Below the pieces are notes generated by a model. That model ran no database searches, was not told the DNA's origin, and saw only the letters and a list, made by a program, of their open reading frames with translations. From contig NC_042997.1 in the NCBI RefSeq assembly GCF_006345805.1, forward strand, positions 8,804,001-8,868,000: a stretch of DNA of 64,000 bases, given 5' to 3'. Source of the DNA: Octopus sinensis (taxonomy: Eukaryota). The position numbers were made by a program, and so were the translations under genes. Positions 51,001 to 63,960 of the stretch are shown piece by piece (the first letter of the stretch is position 1; each line of letters opens with the position of its first letter).

Positions 51001-52899
51001 CATGCATATCAAGAAAAATGGATAATGGAAAAACATTCCTCAACATACATATTTGTCAAGTGATTGATATCCAGAAAAGGTGTAGGTAGAAATATCATCT
51101 TTCTAGTGAGTCAGATGTCCTATTATGGTCATCTCTTATGTGTTTAAATGTACACTGTATTTTTCTCTGAATAATATATAGTCTATTGACTAAAATTTTT
51201 CCTTCTCACTAGACCACTGGTAACAAAGAATTTTTCAATAAATATTTTTTGCTACCCTAAGATTTTAATTAGTGATAAAAGGTTTTTAGCAAATTTTGAA
51301 AGAAAATCGGCAATTTATTTACTGCCAGATAGTTCCGCATTTGCACAGAGGATTTGAAAAATTATAACATATAGACATGAGGCATGTTCTTTATTGCCTC
51401 ATGCCTATATATGTGAACCCTGGCATCCTGCTGTTGAAGCAATGCAAGTTGTAAATTAAAATTATTTTATTTTGGTTTATACAAGATTGCAGAAACTATG
51501 TATAGTCCAGGAAAGATAGGGTAAATGTTTTTATTTTTCATTCTCTTTCAGAATTGCAACTATTAGTGGCTTGGAGATTTAACTGCTCTTTCTAGTGAGT
51601 CAGATGTCCTATTATGGTCTTCTCTTATATGTTAAAATGTACACTGAATTTTTCTATGAATATATATATATATATATATATACTATTAAATATATATATT
51701 GATATATTTATTATATATATATTATATATACTATTAAAAGTCAGATTGAATCTTGTTTGCTTGCAATGTTACTCAGCCAAACTGGCACATAATGGGAAAA
51801 TACTATGAATTAAGTTTACCCTGAAATGTTAATAGGAATGGAATGAAACAAGTTTCGTGTAAATCAGTAAAGTGGTTCTTGAGATATTAGAGGTTTTCAG
51901 GGTATAAATACCCAAAACAGTGCATAAAGGGAAAATGTTCCGAAAATAATCTTCATCCTGAAAAGGAAGAGAGTCTTATCTTTCTATTAGACACAGTGAG
52001 TTGACAACGGAAAAATATAATTTTTGTTTTTACAGTAAATGTTTCTGTTTTCGCTTTTGTTAAACACAATATTTTAATCATCTAGAAATATTTTTAAATG
52101 AATGTGATTTCAAAAATGTAAGTTGTTTGTGCAGTAAGTATTTATATTTTAGCTTTATTTATTTATTTATTTATTTATTCTTTAAACAGACAATATTTTC
52201 ATGTCTTTTTAAATCATTTTCACATGAATACCATTACGAAAAGTTTTTGGCATATTTAAAATGTATTCTAAAGTGAAAATGACTTTAAAAATATTGTAAA
52301 TATTTCGTAAAAGACCCATTCATAACCTCAGTCTAAAATATTTGTTTTCCATGATTTTTTTTTTTCAAGTGCACCCAACATATCTCACCTTCAAAGATTT
52401 GGTTGCTATTTCTAGCACACCCTGCTACCACGTAACAGTTATTTGCAATAAACGACCCGAAATACCTGTTGCATGGTAGCAGGGCATGCAAGAAATAGCA
52501 ACCAAATCTTTTCTTTGGTGGGGAAACGAGCCGTTTACATGTGATTTTGATGTCACATTCATTGGCAGCATGCGAAATAACCTGAAAGGATAAAAAACAT
52601 GAACAAAACTCCGTTGCTGGGAAACTGAGAGTTTCCTGGTGACCCAATGAGTCATGGGTAGTCTAGTATATATATATATAAATGTTTCTACTAGAAACAA
52701 CGAACTATACCACAACAGAAACTTTATATAAACAATATATTTTACAAAACCAGTAGAAATTTTGCAAGCTTTTAACACTAACCATCATATTTGACCTATC
52801 TTTGACCAACTCTTTGATAGAAACCTAACCAACCATACTTGTATTTACTAACTTTCTTGTATGAAACTTAAAAATAGTATATCACCTAAGCTGTTATAA

Positions 52900-53290
52900 A
52901 TCCTTAAATCCTTAAAAATGTTTCAGCTCGAAAGCTGTGGCCATGCTGGGGCACCACTTGTTGAATGAGCTACACTCGTATGTGAAACCACCACTCATAC
53001 ATGGCACTTGGTCAACAAGGGAGTTTGACGCCACTGCCCACATCTGTGTTTCCTGCTGAGAGGTAGGTTCATCTGGAACCCCTGACAAGAAGAGATCCTG
53101 TTTAGTTTTAGAGAAACCCACATCCACACCATGCAAGTCTCTCCGGCATTTAGGAAGGATATTGAAGATCTGTGGTCCCCTGAAACCCAAGCTGTTGCAG
53201 TATCAGGTCCTGTATTTTGATGGTGATGTTGGGATCTTTGGCACCATGCAGTGGTGCCCTGTTCAGCTGTTGAGGTATCTTTCAAAGTTA
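52900..53290 (-). mobile_element. CR1-like LINE extreme 3' end
   Basis: FRGPQIFNILPKCRRDLHGVDVGFSKTKQDLFLSGVPDEP..VASNSLVDQ. Confidence 0.8.
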
Positions 53291-53354
53291 TTCAAACAAA
53301 CCTATAAGAAATCCTAAATGGGTCAAAGGAAACCTTCAACTAACGCAAATTCTT

Positions 53355-53470
53355 TTCTACTCTAAGCACAAGGCCCGAAATTTTGGGGGAGGAATCAGTC
53401 GATTAGATCGACCCCAGTATGCAACTGGTACTTAATTTATCGACCCCGAAGTTTGAAAGACAAAGTCGAC
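53355..53470 (-). mobile_element. Nin-like SINE 3' part
   Basis: atcgaccccagtatgcaactggtacttaatttatcgaccccgaa..caaagtcgac. Confidence 0.75.
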
Positions 53471-54070
53471 TTCAACTAACACAAATTGTGTCCCTTCTAC
53501 CACATGAAGTTTAATACAAAATTAACTTTCCAGCACTAAGGTTCATAAAATTATTTGAATGAACCTACATTATAACATAAATATACAACAATTCTTCACA
53601 TCAAATATAAGCAGCTCAGCAGAATCTATCAAAAGAACACAACTTTTATTTACCCTTGTTCAATTAAAAAATTGTCTTTACTATCTTTCTTCTCCACTCC
53701 AACCTAAAAATCTTATAGAACCACCTCTTCGTTATTCACAGCAAACTCATTAATTCCACTCTAATTTGCATACCACCACCACCACCACCACCACCATCTA
53801 AAACCATATTTTAGGCATGAGAAATCAAACTAAGTCACAGACTGATGACAGTACTTTGGTTGGAACTTCAAAATTACTGTCAAACTTCTTGCAAAAATAA
53901 ATAACTATTAAATAAAAATAAATACAAAATGTATTGAGTGACCTTTCGATTTAAAGTTCAGTTATTTTTATGATTTTACGTAAAAACAAATATGAATACA
54001 AATGTTTGTGTGCGTGTGTGTGTATGTGTGTATACACACACATACATACATATACAGAGATAGGTATGTA

Positions 54071-54120
<50 letters not shown>

Positions 54121-54133
54121 CATACATATATAC

Positions 54134-54187
<54 letters not shown>

Positions 54188-54399
54188 CTTATATAAATAT
54201 ATACTGTGGCAGTGACTCCATTAATTCCTAGCAATATCTGAAGAAGGAATTTTTATATTCCAAAATATTGTATTAGACTATGAATAATTAAATTATTTAT
54301 AACAGTTATTATAGTCCATTCTCCATTGTTGTACCATTCCAGACACGTTAAATTTCACAAACAATACACAATGCTTCCAGTGACCTAAAATACCCTCTT

Positions 54400-54430
<31 letters not shown>

Positions 54431-54498
54431 TACACACATATGCACAAATACACATACATACATATGCACAAAGACACATGCACACACATATATTTATA

Positions 54499-54544
<46 letters not shown>

Positions 54545-54819
54545 ATATATACAAGTCTATAATGGTACAGTTTCCGTGTTAAAGAGATAAATAAGCTCCA
54601 GTTAGTTAAATATATCATCAATGAATTCTAAAAGAAATGTTTCTTGGCAGTTAATGCATGCATTATTTTTCTCTCTGTTTAAAATTTTACTAAATCTATT
54701 TTCATACCAGAAATCAACGTTGCATGAATATTTTTTCATAAATTTTAATTCTTTTAAATCCTTATTTTGCTCCACTTACTTCATTAAATAACCCAGGATT
54801 TATGTATTCATCATCATCC

Positions 54820-56055
54820 TCATCATCATCATTTAACATCCGTTCTCCATGCTGGTATGGGTTGGACAGTCCTACTGGGAACTGGCAAGCCAGGAAGCTG
54901 CACCAGGCTCCAATCTGATATGGCAATGTTTCTACAGCTGGGTGCCCTTCCTAATGCCAACCGCTCCAAGGTGTAGTGGGTGCTTTTTATGTGCCACTGG
55001 CATCGGAGCCAGTCAGAAGGCACTTGCATTGGCCAGGTTTGGAAGGTGCTTTTTACGTGCTACCAACACAGGAGCCAGTCAGAGCGGGAGGAGGGGGCTG
55101 GGATTGACCACGTTTGGATGGTGCTTTTTACATGCTACCAGCATGGGGAGCCAGTCAGGCAGCACTAGCAATGAACCGCGCATGAAAGGTGTTTATTGCA
55201 TGCCACCAGCATGAGAGCTAGTCAGGCAGCACTGGCATCACCACAATTACAATTTCCATTTGATGGTGATTTAATTTTTTATTTGACTTTTGGTTTCGAT
55301 TTTGATTTTACTTGACTCAATAGGTCTCCTCAAGCACAGCGTGATACCCAATGATTCAAAGGTACTTTTTAAATGGGCTGGTTATGTGACACTGGTATAG
55401 GCTATGGCTGTGATCACACTTTACTTTCCAGGTCTTCTCAATCACAGCATATCTCCAGAAGTCTCAGCCTTTCATCATTGCCTCTGTAAGGCCTAGCATT
55501 TGAAGGTCATGCTTCACTACCATATCATGTCTTCCTGGGTCTTCCTCTTCCACGGGTTCCTTCCTCTATTAGGGAGTGACACTTCTTCACACAGCTCTCC
55601 TCATCCATATGTAAGCACTTGACCATACCAGTACAGTTGTCTCTCTTGCACACCACATCTGATGCTTCATATGTCCAACATTTCTCTCATTGCACTTACA
55701 CTCTGTCATGTATGTACATTGACATTGCACATCCAGCAGATCATGCTAACTTCATTTTTTTCAAGCCTACTCATACCTTCAGCAGTCATGGCCCATGTTT
55801 CATTGCTGTGTAGCATGGCAGTTCACACACACGCATCAAACAACGTACCTTTCACTCTGAGTGAGAGGCCCTTTGTCACCTGTAGAGGTAGGAGCTTTCT
55901 GAACTTTACCCAGGCTACTCTTATTCTAGTGGCAATGCTCTCTGAGCATCCACTCCAACTACAAACTTAGTCACCTAGGTAATGGAAGCTATCAATTACT
56001 TCTAGTTTCTTCCACTGGCATGTGATGGAATCCATTCTCTGTGCATCTGTGTTAT
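54820..56055 (-). mobile_element. RTE-clade LINE 3' fragment (ORF2 end, 3' UTR, tail)
   Basis: Tail at 54820-54960, subrepeats at 54970-55250, ORF2 C-terminus in antisense (catcatgtcttcctgggtcttcctct = GRPRKTW); collinear with 59165-60040. Confidence 0.85.
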
Positions 56056-56164
56056 TTGCATTACTATAAACAATTTTGAATTTTAATTTTTTTTACTCCA
56101 AGGTCAGTATATATTATGAGTAACCCTACATGTTAGTTATAAATACAACTACTTCTACTTTGGT

Positions 56165-56410
56165 GGAGGCATGTGGCTTTGTGGCTAGGGTACTGGATTC
56201 ATGATCATAAGAATGTGGTTTCATTTGCTGGGTCAAGTGATGCGTTGCAGTCTTGAGCAAAATACCTCATTTCCCATTGCTCCACTTCACTCAGCTGGCA
56301 AAAATGAGTAATCCTGCAATGGACTGACATCCCATCCAGGTGGGGAATATATACACCATGAAGCCAGGGAAACTGGCCATTTGAGTCTATATGACTTGGG
56401 AAGGAACTTT
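56165..56410 (+). mobile_element. Meta-like SINE
   Basis: gcatgtggctttgtggctaggg head; tcttgagcaaaatacc; gcaatggactgacatcccatccaggtgggga. Confidence 0.75.
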
Positions 56411-57899
56411 ACTTCTGCTACCTTCACTATGATGTAATTTAAATATAAATTAGAGGCCATTTAATCCCCAAAAAACTATTTCAGTAATTTAGGTGAATAT
56501 GAAACTTGTAGATTTACATGACTTTGTTCAATAATAGAATACTTGAAAAACTATTAATAAAATAATTCTAGCACTAACTTTTGATTCAAGCATGAAATCT
56601 GAAGTTTCAAATGATAAGTTTGAAATATTCTCTTTCTTCATTCAGTTGAAGTTGCCGCTTTATTCTTTTTTGTTTTTGTTTTATTTTCCTTTGTTTTTTT
56701 TTTGTTTTTTTTCCTGACATTAACTTATCTGTTATAGAACACTTGAAGTTACATATATTTATTCTAGTATTTAAAATGAAAAAGAATTTCATTCCTCAAA
56801 ATGAAAAATGTGTAATATGTATTGCACATCGGTATATATATGTGTGTGTATGCATGTATTTCTATACATGAATGCATATGCAAACACATGCTTGCACATA
56901 CACTCACACACACCACATACACACAGAGGCACACAATCATACACACACACACACACCACATACACACAGAGGCACACAATCATACACACACACACACATA
57001 TACAAAATGAAGATGAATAGACATTCAATAGTTCACATACAGTATGACATACAGCACTTGTTGCAACGTAACTCTTGTTTCAATACTGATGTCACTGACC
57101 TGTGGTTTGAAACACAGTTCTGAGTGGAAGCAGAACTTGAAAAGCTATGTTCTGCCAATATATTCTTTTAGAAAGAAACAGAAGAACGAGAATACAATGA
57201 GCTGGTTTTTTGCTCTTAAAACCAGGATTGCTCAACATTAACAACTAACTCTAACTGGCAACAAAAAAAAATTACTCCCTATGCTCCAAGTATCTTTATC
57301 TCAGTATAGCTTCATGGCAATTATTTGAGCTCTAGTAATTGAAACCAATAATGACATGAAGAATAAATTTTTTCAATAATTTAGTAAGAGGATTTTGAAG
57401 TGTGTGTGTGTGTGTGCATGTATGTATTTATGTTTGTGTTTGTGTTTGTATGTATCCATATATATTTGTTCTCAAACAATTTGATAACCAATGTTCATTT
57501 GTTTACATTGCTATAATAAGTACCAAAATATTTAAAAAAAATTGTACTGGGTGGGATTTCTTCAATTAAACTCTTCAAGGCCCTTAGTCACTTAGGTAGT
57601 GGAAGCTATCAATTTCTTCTAGTTTCTCTCCCTGGCATGTGACGGAATCCATTCTCTGTGCATCTGTGGTGCCCAACGGTGACTGAAATAAATAAAAGAC
57701 ACAAGATAAAAAGATCATACTACATAAAATATACCTGTACAACCATTTATATTTCGAAAGTTTGAAAATGTTTGGAATTCCTTTGTCTAGACAACATTGT
57801 CCTTGAATTACTGGAACATAAGGGACTACTTTTGTTCTTTTTAACTTTGATCCTGAAAATATATGAAAACACTGAGTCTTGATTGAATTTAAAGGTGTA

Positions 57900-58960
57900 G
57901 TTATTTTTTATCTTCAAGAACGGTAATCAAAAACCTTGTAGGAATTATCATGAAATACCAATGATCTTCGCTGCAGGAAAACATTTGGAAGAATTCTTCT
58001 AAAATCTCTCCAAACCATCATAGAAAAGTTTAATTTCCAAGTCTCGATGCAGTTTTTATGTCTCTTATAGTACAACTGGCATGATTTTCTGAGCATGATA
58101 ACTGCAAGGTAAAAGCAAAACAGGAACAGAAACTATTATTCTTTGTCTTATAAGAACTGAAAAATACAAGAGATATATGGATAGGTCTTCGACATTTTGG
58201 ACTGCACAAATAATTTCACTTCACTGGTTTAAGCACCTTTAAAATAATGCATTGGGCTGTATTTTACATCAAAATAAACTTTCTAAACAATTCCTCGTTA
58301 CATATAAATTAAAATATATATTTCTTTATTGCCCACAAGGGGCTAAACATAGAGGGGACAAACAAGGACAGACAAAGGGATTAAGTCGATTACATCGACC
58401 CCAGTGCATAATTGGTGCTTTATTTATCGACCCTGAAAGGATGAAAGTCAAAGTCGACCTCGGTGGAATTCAAACTCAGAACGTAACGGCAGATGAAATA
58501 ACGCTAAGCATGTCGCCCGGAGTGCTAATGTTTCTGCCAGCTTGCTCCTTCACATATAAATTAAAGTAGTGCTGTTCTTGCACTTACATGCTTCTTATAT
58601 GTGTTTATAATGTTTTTTGGACTTCTTCCAGACAATCCAGACATTGCTTCGATGGTGGAGTATATAATAGAGCCAGCAACGGATCATATGATCACTTTGG
58701 CCTCATACAATTAACCCCAAAAAGAATTTCCATCACCATTTCTGCTGCCTCTCTTTGACAATTTGTTCATTTTCTCATCTTGGAAGTCTCCTTTTCACAA
58801 ATGTACTTTTGGAAAGTACGTGCAGCATAAAATTGGAACAACTCATCAGAAACCTAGAAAACTGAAGAACAATGAACAAACCCAAAAGATTAAACTGATG
58901 GCTTCTCAAGCTGTCATCTCAGTGTCATCATACAGTTGTATAACATGGACACTTTAGGAA
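57900..58960 (+). mobile_element. Very old RTE-like LINE remnants (split by a Nin-like SINE)
   Basis: KNGNQKPCRNYHEIPMIFAAGK (K.G....C.NYRGI.L....GK) at ~57915-57985; KIKLMASQAVISVSSYSCITWTL at ~58885-58955. Confidence 0.45.
58318..58548 (-). mobile_element. Nin-domain-like SINE, full length
   Basis: Reverse complement of 24980-25208. Confidence 0.9.
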
Positions 58961-59164
58961 AAAGCTGAAACATTTCTATCAACCGAAGTTCTTAAACACC
59001 AAATGGGAGTTCTATATAATAAATAATGTTGTTCTTAGTAAAAAAAAAGCAAAAAGAAAGAAAAAAAAGAACATTTAAAGTATTGTATTTACTATCATGA
59101 AATACTGGCTATGATGGTCAGGTCACGTGGTTAGAATGAAGGAAGAAGGATTTTCTCATTAAAT

Positions 59165-60040
59165 CATCATCATCATCATCACCGTTTAACGTCCGTTTTC
59201 CATGCTGTCATGGATTGGATGGTTTGACTGGGGTCTAGGATGCCAGGAGGCTGCACCAGGCTCCAGTCTGATCTGGCAGTGTTTCTACAGCTGGATGCCT
59301 TACCTAATGCCAACCACTTCAAGAGTGTAGTGGGTGCTTTTTACATGCTACCAGCACAGGGGCCGAGGGAGCTCGCATTGGCCATGATCAGATGGTGCTT
59401 TTTATGTGTCACTGGCATGGGGATCAAAACTACAATTTCCATTTGATTGTGATTTGATTTGATTTTGATGTACTTGACTCAATAGGTCTCCTCAAGCACA
59501 GCATGTCACTCTACAATCCAAGCGACTTTTGAGTGGGCTGGTTATGTGACACTGGTGTAGGTTACAGCTTTATTTGTCGGGTCTTCTCAGTCACAGCATA
59601 TCTCCAGAGGTCTCAGTCTTTTGTCATTGCTTCTGTGAGGCCCAACGTTTGAAAGTCATGCTTCGCCACCTCATCCCATGTCTTCCTGGGTCTCTCTCTA
59701 TCCCGGATTCCTTCCACTGTTTGTGAGTGGCGCTTCTACACACAGCTCTCCTCATTCATCTCTAGTTCAAGACCATACCAAAGCAAACATCTCTCTTGCA
59801 CGCCACATCTGATGCTTCTTATGTCCAACATTTCTCTCAAGGCGCTTACACCCTGACATGTTTGTACACTGACATTACACATCCAGCGGATCATGCTAGC
59901 TTCATTTCTTTCAAGCCTACATATGTCTTCAGCAGTCATGGCCCATGTTTCACTGCCATGAAGCATGGCAGTTCACACACTTGCATCATACAATCTACCT
60001 TTCACTCTGAGCAAGAGGCCCTTTGTCACCAGTAGGGGTC
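59165..60040 (-). mobile_element. RTE-clade LINE 3' fragment
   Basis: LHGSETWAMTAEDICRLERNEASMIRWMCNVSV..LREMLDIRSIRCGVQER..WYG; (GAT)n tail at 59165-59185. Confidence 0.9.
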
Positions 60041-60445
60041 AACTTCTGTAAATTACAACTGGGAAAAAAATTATGAGGATGTCTTTTACGCTGTTGTAAA
60101 AAGACCAGCTAAATTCAACCCTCAAACTAGCTGGAATTCAGATAAAAGCATGAGAATCTGAAACAGGGTTCTATTCCAATTCACATCACTCTCTCCCTAC
60201 CAGAACTGACTATTTCTCAAAGGTCAAAGAAAACAAATGTTGAAATAAACTTTAAAGAATGCAAGATGTGGCACCAACACCCACTGCTAACACTGCCTTA
60301 CTTTCTTTGTTTCCACCAATTTCATGCAAGGATTAACCTTCTTAGTCTATAACATTATCAGCATGGAGGAACCATGGAATAGGGAAACAATTGATATTCT
60401 CGACATGTGAAACAGCTGATGACAATAAACACACACACACACACA

Positions 60446-60507
<62 letters not shown>

Positions 60508-60526
60508 ACAGATGGATACTGTGTCA

Positions 60527-60612
60527 ATTCACTACAGCTGTTTCGAATAAATTTTTAATTGATTAATGGAGACATTACATCATTAGAAAAGAACCATTTT
60601 CATCAGGTCAAT
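60527..60612 (-). ncRNA. Degenerate type I hammerhead motif next to (AC)n
   Basis: Minus strand AUUGAC-CUGAUGA-AAAUGG..UUAUUC-GAAAC-AGCU-GUA-GUGAAU: core boxes intact, palindromic AGCU loop, stem I 5/6, first stem II pair is A.C instead of G-C. Confidence 0.55.
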
Positions 60613-60899
60613 ACATGAACCACAATATTCAAATACATTTGAAATCCATTGGCATGTGCACCTTTATGATTCTATGACACTTGCTGGTCATAGAATGAAT
60701 CTGTTTGTTCAGTTTGGTTGTATTATAGGAGAACATAATGTGATGGCATGTATATGTCCATACGTAAGCCATAACAGTTAGGAGGTACGAGAGATGAACA
60801 TATTTATTTAACCAATTGACATCTTTAGATGTCCATTTTGCAGCCTTCTTCATGTAGTAGTAATTTCAGTCACTACCATCATCACCATCACCATCATCA

Positions 60900-61130
60900 T
60901 CATCATCATCATCATCATCATTTTACATCTTTTTTCGATGCTGGTATGGGTTGAATAGTTTGAGAGGAGCTAGCCAGTTAAGGAGCTGCCCAGATTCCAA
61001 TTGTCGGTTGTGGCATGGTTTCTACAGCTGGATGCCCTTCCTAATGCCAACCACTGAATGGTTATTACGTGCTGCTGGCATGGGTGCATCTGTGCAGCAC
61101 CAGTGCAAGTGCATTTTATGTGGCACCAGC
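60900..61130 (-). mobile_element. RTE-type 3' tail
   Basis: (CAT)n then gctggtatgggttg..ctggatgcccttcctaatgccaaccact. Confidence 0.75.
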
Positions 61131-61458
61131 AACCAGGACCGGAAGAAGACCCATTGAGGCCCTAGGCACTTAAAAGATTTTGGTGCTGCCATATACATGT
61201 AATTCAAGATTTAAACAATAATAAGCCATAAAATAATTTTTCTTTTTTTGTTTTTCAAAATGAAACAAAACTAAGAGTAAGGATGGGAGAAAATGTTTAT
61301 TTTATCATTTTATGCTTCCACTTTAGATTTCAAAAGTTTTCTCCTACTTTTTCTAATTGTAAAATCTTCAATCAGATCCTCATTATGACACAATGAACAC
61401 TTTGAAATTATCTTTCCGATCATATGCACTACCTTGAATATTATTCTAGCAAGTTTAA

Positions 61459-61679
61459 CCCTTTCATTACCAACCCGACTGAAACTGGCTCTGGCTTTTT
61501 AGTACAGATGTCTTGTTTTCATAAGTTTTGAATTCAAATCTTCCACCAAACCATACTCACAATTTATGTTCCTAACACGAGCTGAATGATAACTAAGTTA
61601 TTTTACTAAATTCTTTCTTATATTTAAAGTAATTGAAAGAAACACAGAACATCCCAAAATAAATACAGTAATGAAAGGG
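61459..61679. mobile_element. piggyBac-like MITE
   Basis: TTAA (61455-58) + CCCTTTCATTAC ... GTAATGAAAGGG + TTAA (61680-83): 12-bp perfect TIRs beginning CCC with a TTAA target duplication. Confidence 0.85.
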
Positions 61680-61934
61680 TTAAAGAGATTTCTTTTGTGC
61701 CATAAATAAATTGCCATTTCTCTAGTGACACCACTTCTTTTGATGCCCTAAGCATGTACTTATTTTGATTAATGGTTAATCCAGCACTGCTAGCACCTGC
61801 AGAGGATAAGCCTATATTGCATGGATGACAGTAATTTTTACTTATCTTGATACATCTTCTTTAATACTTAGTCTGATGCGTCTTCTCAAGCATGGAAAGA
61901 AATTATGTTTATATGTTTGACATAATAAATTTAA

Positions 61935-62140
61935 GTTTTTGATTCTGTTGACTACACAGTATAGTAAGTCCTGTTCGACTAAAGGCAGTGCTCCAGCATG
62001 GCTGCAGTCAAATGACTGAAAGAAATAAAAGAATTGTTGTTTTTGATTTTGTTGACTACACAGTATAGTAAGTCCCGTTCGACTAAAGGCAGTGCTCCAG
62101 CATGGCTGCAGTCAAATGACTGAAAGAAATAAAAGAAAAA
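61935..62140 (+). repeat. Tandem duplication of a 104-bp unit (flank + OR2-type SINE tail)
   Basis: gtttttgatt(c/t)tgttgactacacagtatagtaagtcc(t/c)gttcgactaaaggcagtgctccagcatggctgcagtcaaatgactgaaagaaataaaagaa occurs twice. Confidence 0.9.
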
Positions 62141-62153
62141 AAGAATAAAAGAG

Positions 62154-62194
<41 letters not shown>

Positions 62195-62269
62195 GAATGA
62201 ATGTCAGTAAAGAAAGCTAGCTCATCAGATCACTAGAACATCATGGTTACAACAATGATTCAACTCTGA

Positions 62270-62309
62270 GTTGTGTGTGCTTGTGTGTGCATGTGTGTGT
62301 TTGTTTGTT

Positions 62310-62348
<39 letters not shown>

Positions 62349-62570
62349 GCATGTGTGTGTGTGTGTGTGTTTGAGCCCACCTGCCACTAGACAACAACTG
62401 TTGGTGTGTTTAGGTCCCTGTAACTTAGCAGTTCAGCAAAAGAAGCTGATAGAATAATACCAGGCTTAAAAAAAAAATAAATACTGGAATCAATTCGTTC
62501 AACTAAATTTCTTCAAGGCATTGCCCCAGCATGGCTGCAATCTGACGACTGAAACAAGTAAAAGGATAGA
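62270..62570 (+). mobile_element. OR2-type SINE 3' half
   Basis: (GT)n then tagacaacaactgttggtgtgttt..aacttagcagttcagcaaaag..gactgaaacaagtaaaagga. Confidence 0.75.
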
Positions 62571-62879
62571 AGATGAAAAGTACAGATGATGATAGCAATG
62601 ATGATGATGATGAAGATGATGATGATGATAATGTCATCAGTGATGATGACAAGAATTACAATGATGACAAGCATGACAATGATGATGTCATATTGCATGT
62701 GTATGTGTAAGGTGGGATGTGAGGAGGTGAGGTAATGTACAGAAGATACCAGTGTAAAGGGTTAAAAAGGTTAAACTCTTGGCAGCATGGTCTTAGATAT
62801 CAGTTAGATCCTACAACAACCAAACTGGCCATTGATAAAATTTTTTTTGAAAAAGATTTTATCCTACATTAAATATAGA

Positions 62880-63200
62880 TTTAAGTGTTCACTTCCGGGC
62901 TCTTTCACTCTGTGAGAGTCTCAGTTCAAATCGCACGTGTCTTGAATGGGCTGGAGTATTTCTATTTTGGATGTATTTGGGGTACTTAATTGTGCTCATG
63001 ACTTAGTGTTTTGCTTCTTCCATGGGTATGAGTAAGTATCTCATTTATTTCTTTGCCACATTTATTACTGACGAAGGGAGGGTTCTTACGAACTAACCCT
63101 GAAATCGGTCCGATATGGTAATAATGGAATTTTTTAGAAATTTCTGTTGCCTTTTTTTTTGAGTAGCGTGCATATTGCAATAAATTATATGGTAATGGAC
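62880..63200 (-). mobile_element. Possible Tc1/IS630-like transposase remnant
   Basis: Minus frames IGPISGLVRKNPPF..EINEILT and IQNRNTPAHSRHVR loosely resemble G.IS..G..L / QQDNAPAH; weak. Confidence 0.35.
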
Positions 63201-63294
63201 AATATGTCCAATATTCAGCATATTTGACATTAGAAATTTTTTCGTTTGCCCTTATTTATAAGTTGTTTATAATTTTAACCTTTAAAGGTATTTT

Positions 63295-63960
63295 TTAATA
63301 TAATAATAATAATAATAATAATTGTGTACAGTGCTCAAGTGCACTACAACTCATCTAAAGTGCATATATAATCAGGTGTAGTTTCGGCGGATTTCGGAAA
63401 GCATGAGGGCCTTAAAGGATGCAGTGTCATGGCAGTCAACAACTGATGCAGGCAGTTTATTCCATGCTTCAGCAACTCTGAGCATGAAAAAATGTTTCCG
63501 AAAGTCATGGGAGCTGTGTTGTTTTCTGACTTTGTAGGCATGTCCACGTGTGTTAGACACATGGAGATCAAAAAGGTGTTCAGTGTTGTTGTTGGTGAGG
63601 TGGTTGATAACTTTGTGGGTGTTTACCAAGTCCGTCGCCAGACGCCGGAGCTTCAGTGAATCCATGCCCAGGGAAACAAGGCACTCAGAATATGGTAGGT
63701 GTCTGATGGAGGGTATGTGCTTGGTTGCACGTCTCTGGACAGATTCCAGGAGGTCAATGTTCTGAGCAAGATAGGGGTTCCAAACTGATGATGCGAATTC
63801 CAAGTGTGGTCGTACCATAGCTGTATACAGTTTTAAATAGATGGCTGGAGAGCGGCTAACAAAAGTCTTGCTGAGTGATGCCAAGACACCCTTGGCCTTC
63901 TTGACAATTTTAGAGATATGCTTTGTCCAACGCAAATCACTGCTGACATGATGCCTAGGT
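63295..63960 (-). mobile_element. CR1-clade LINE 3' end
   Basis: ORF 63372-63935 LRWTKHISKIVKKA..LYTAMVRPHLEFASSVWNPY..LESVQRRATK..WNKLPASVV; (AAT)n tail at 63295-63322. Confidence 0.95.

Noticed and set aside
53840-53890. CTGATGA followed by a hairpin, as another hammerhead
   Set aside because: No GAAA box or NUH/stem I after the hairpin.
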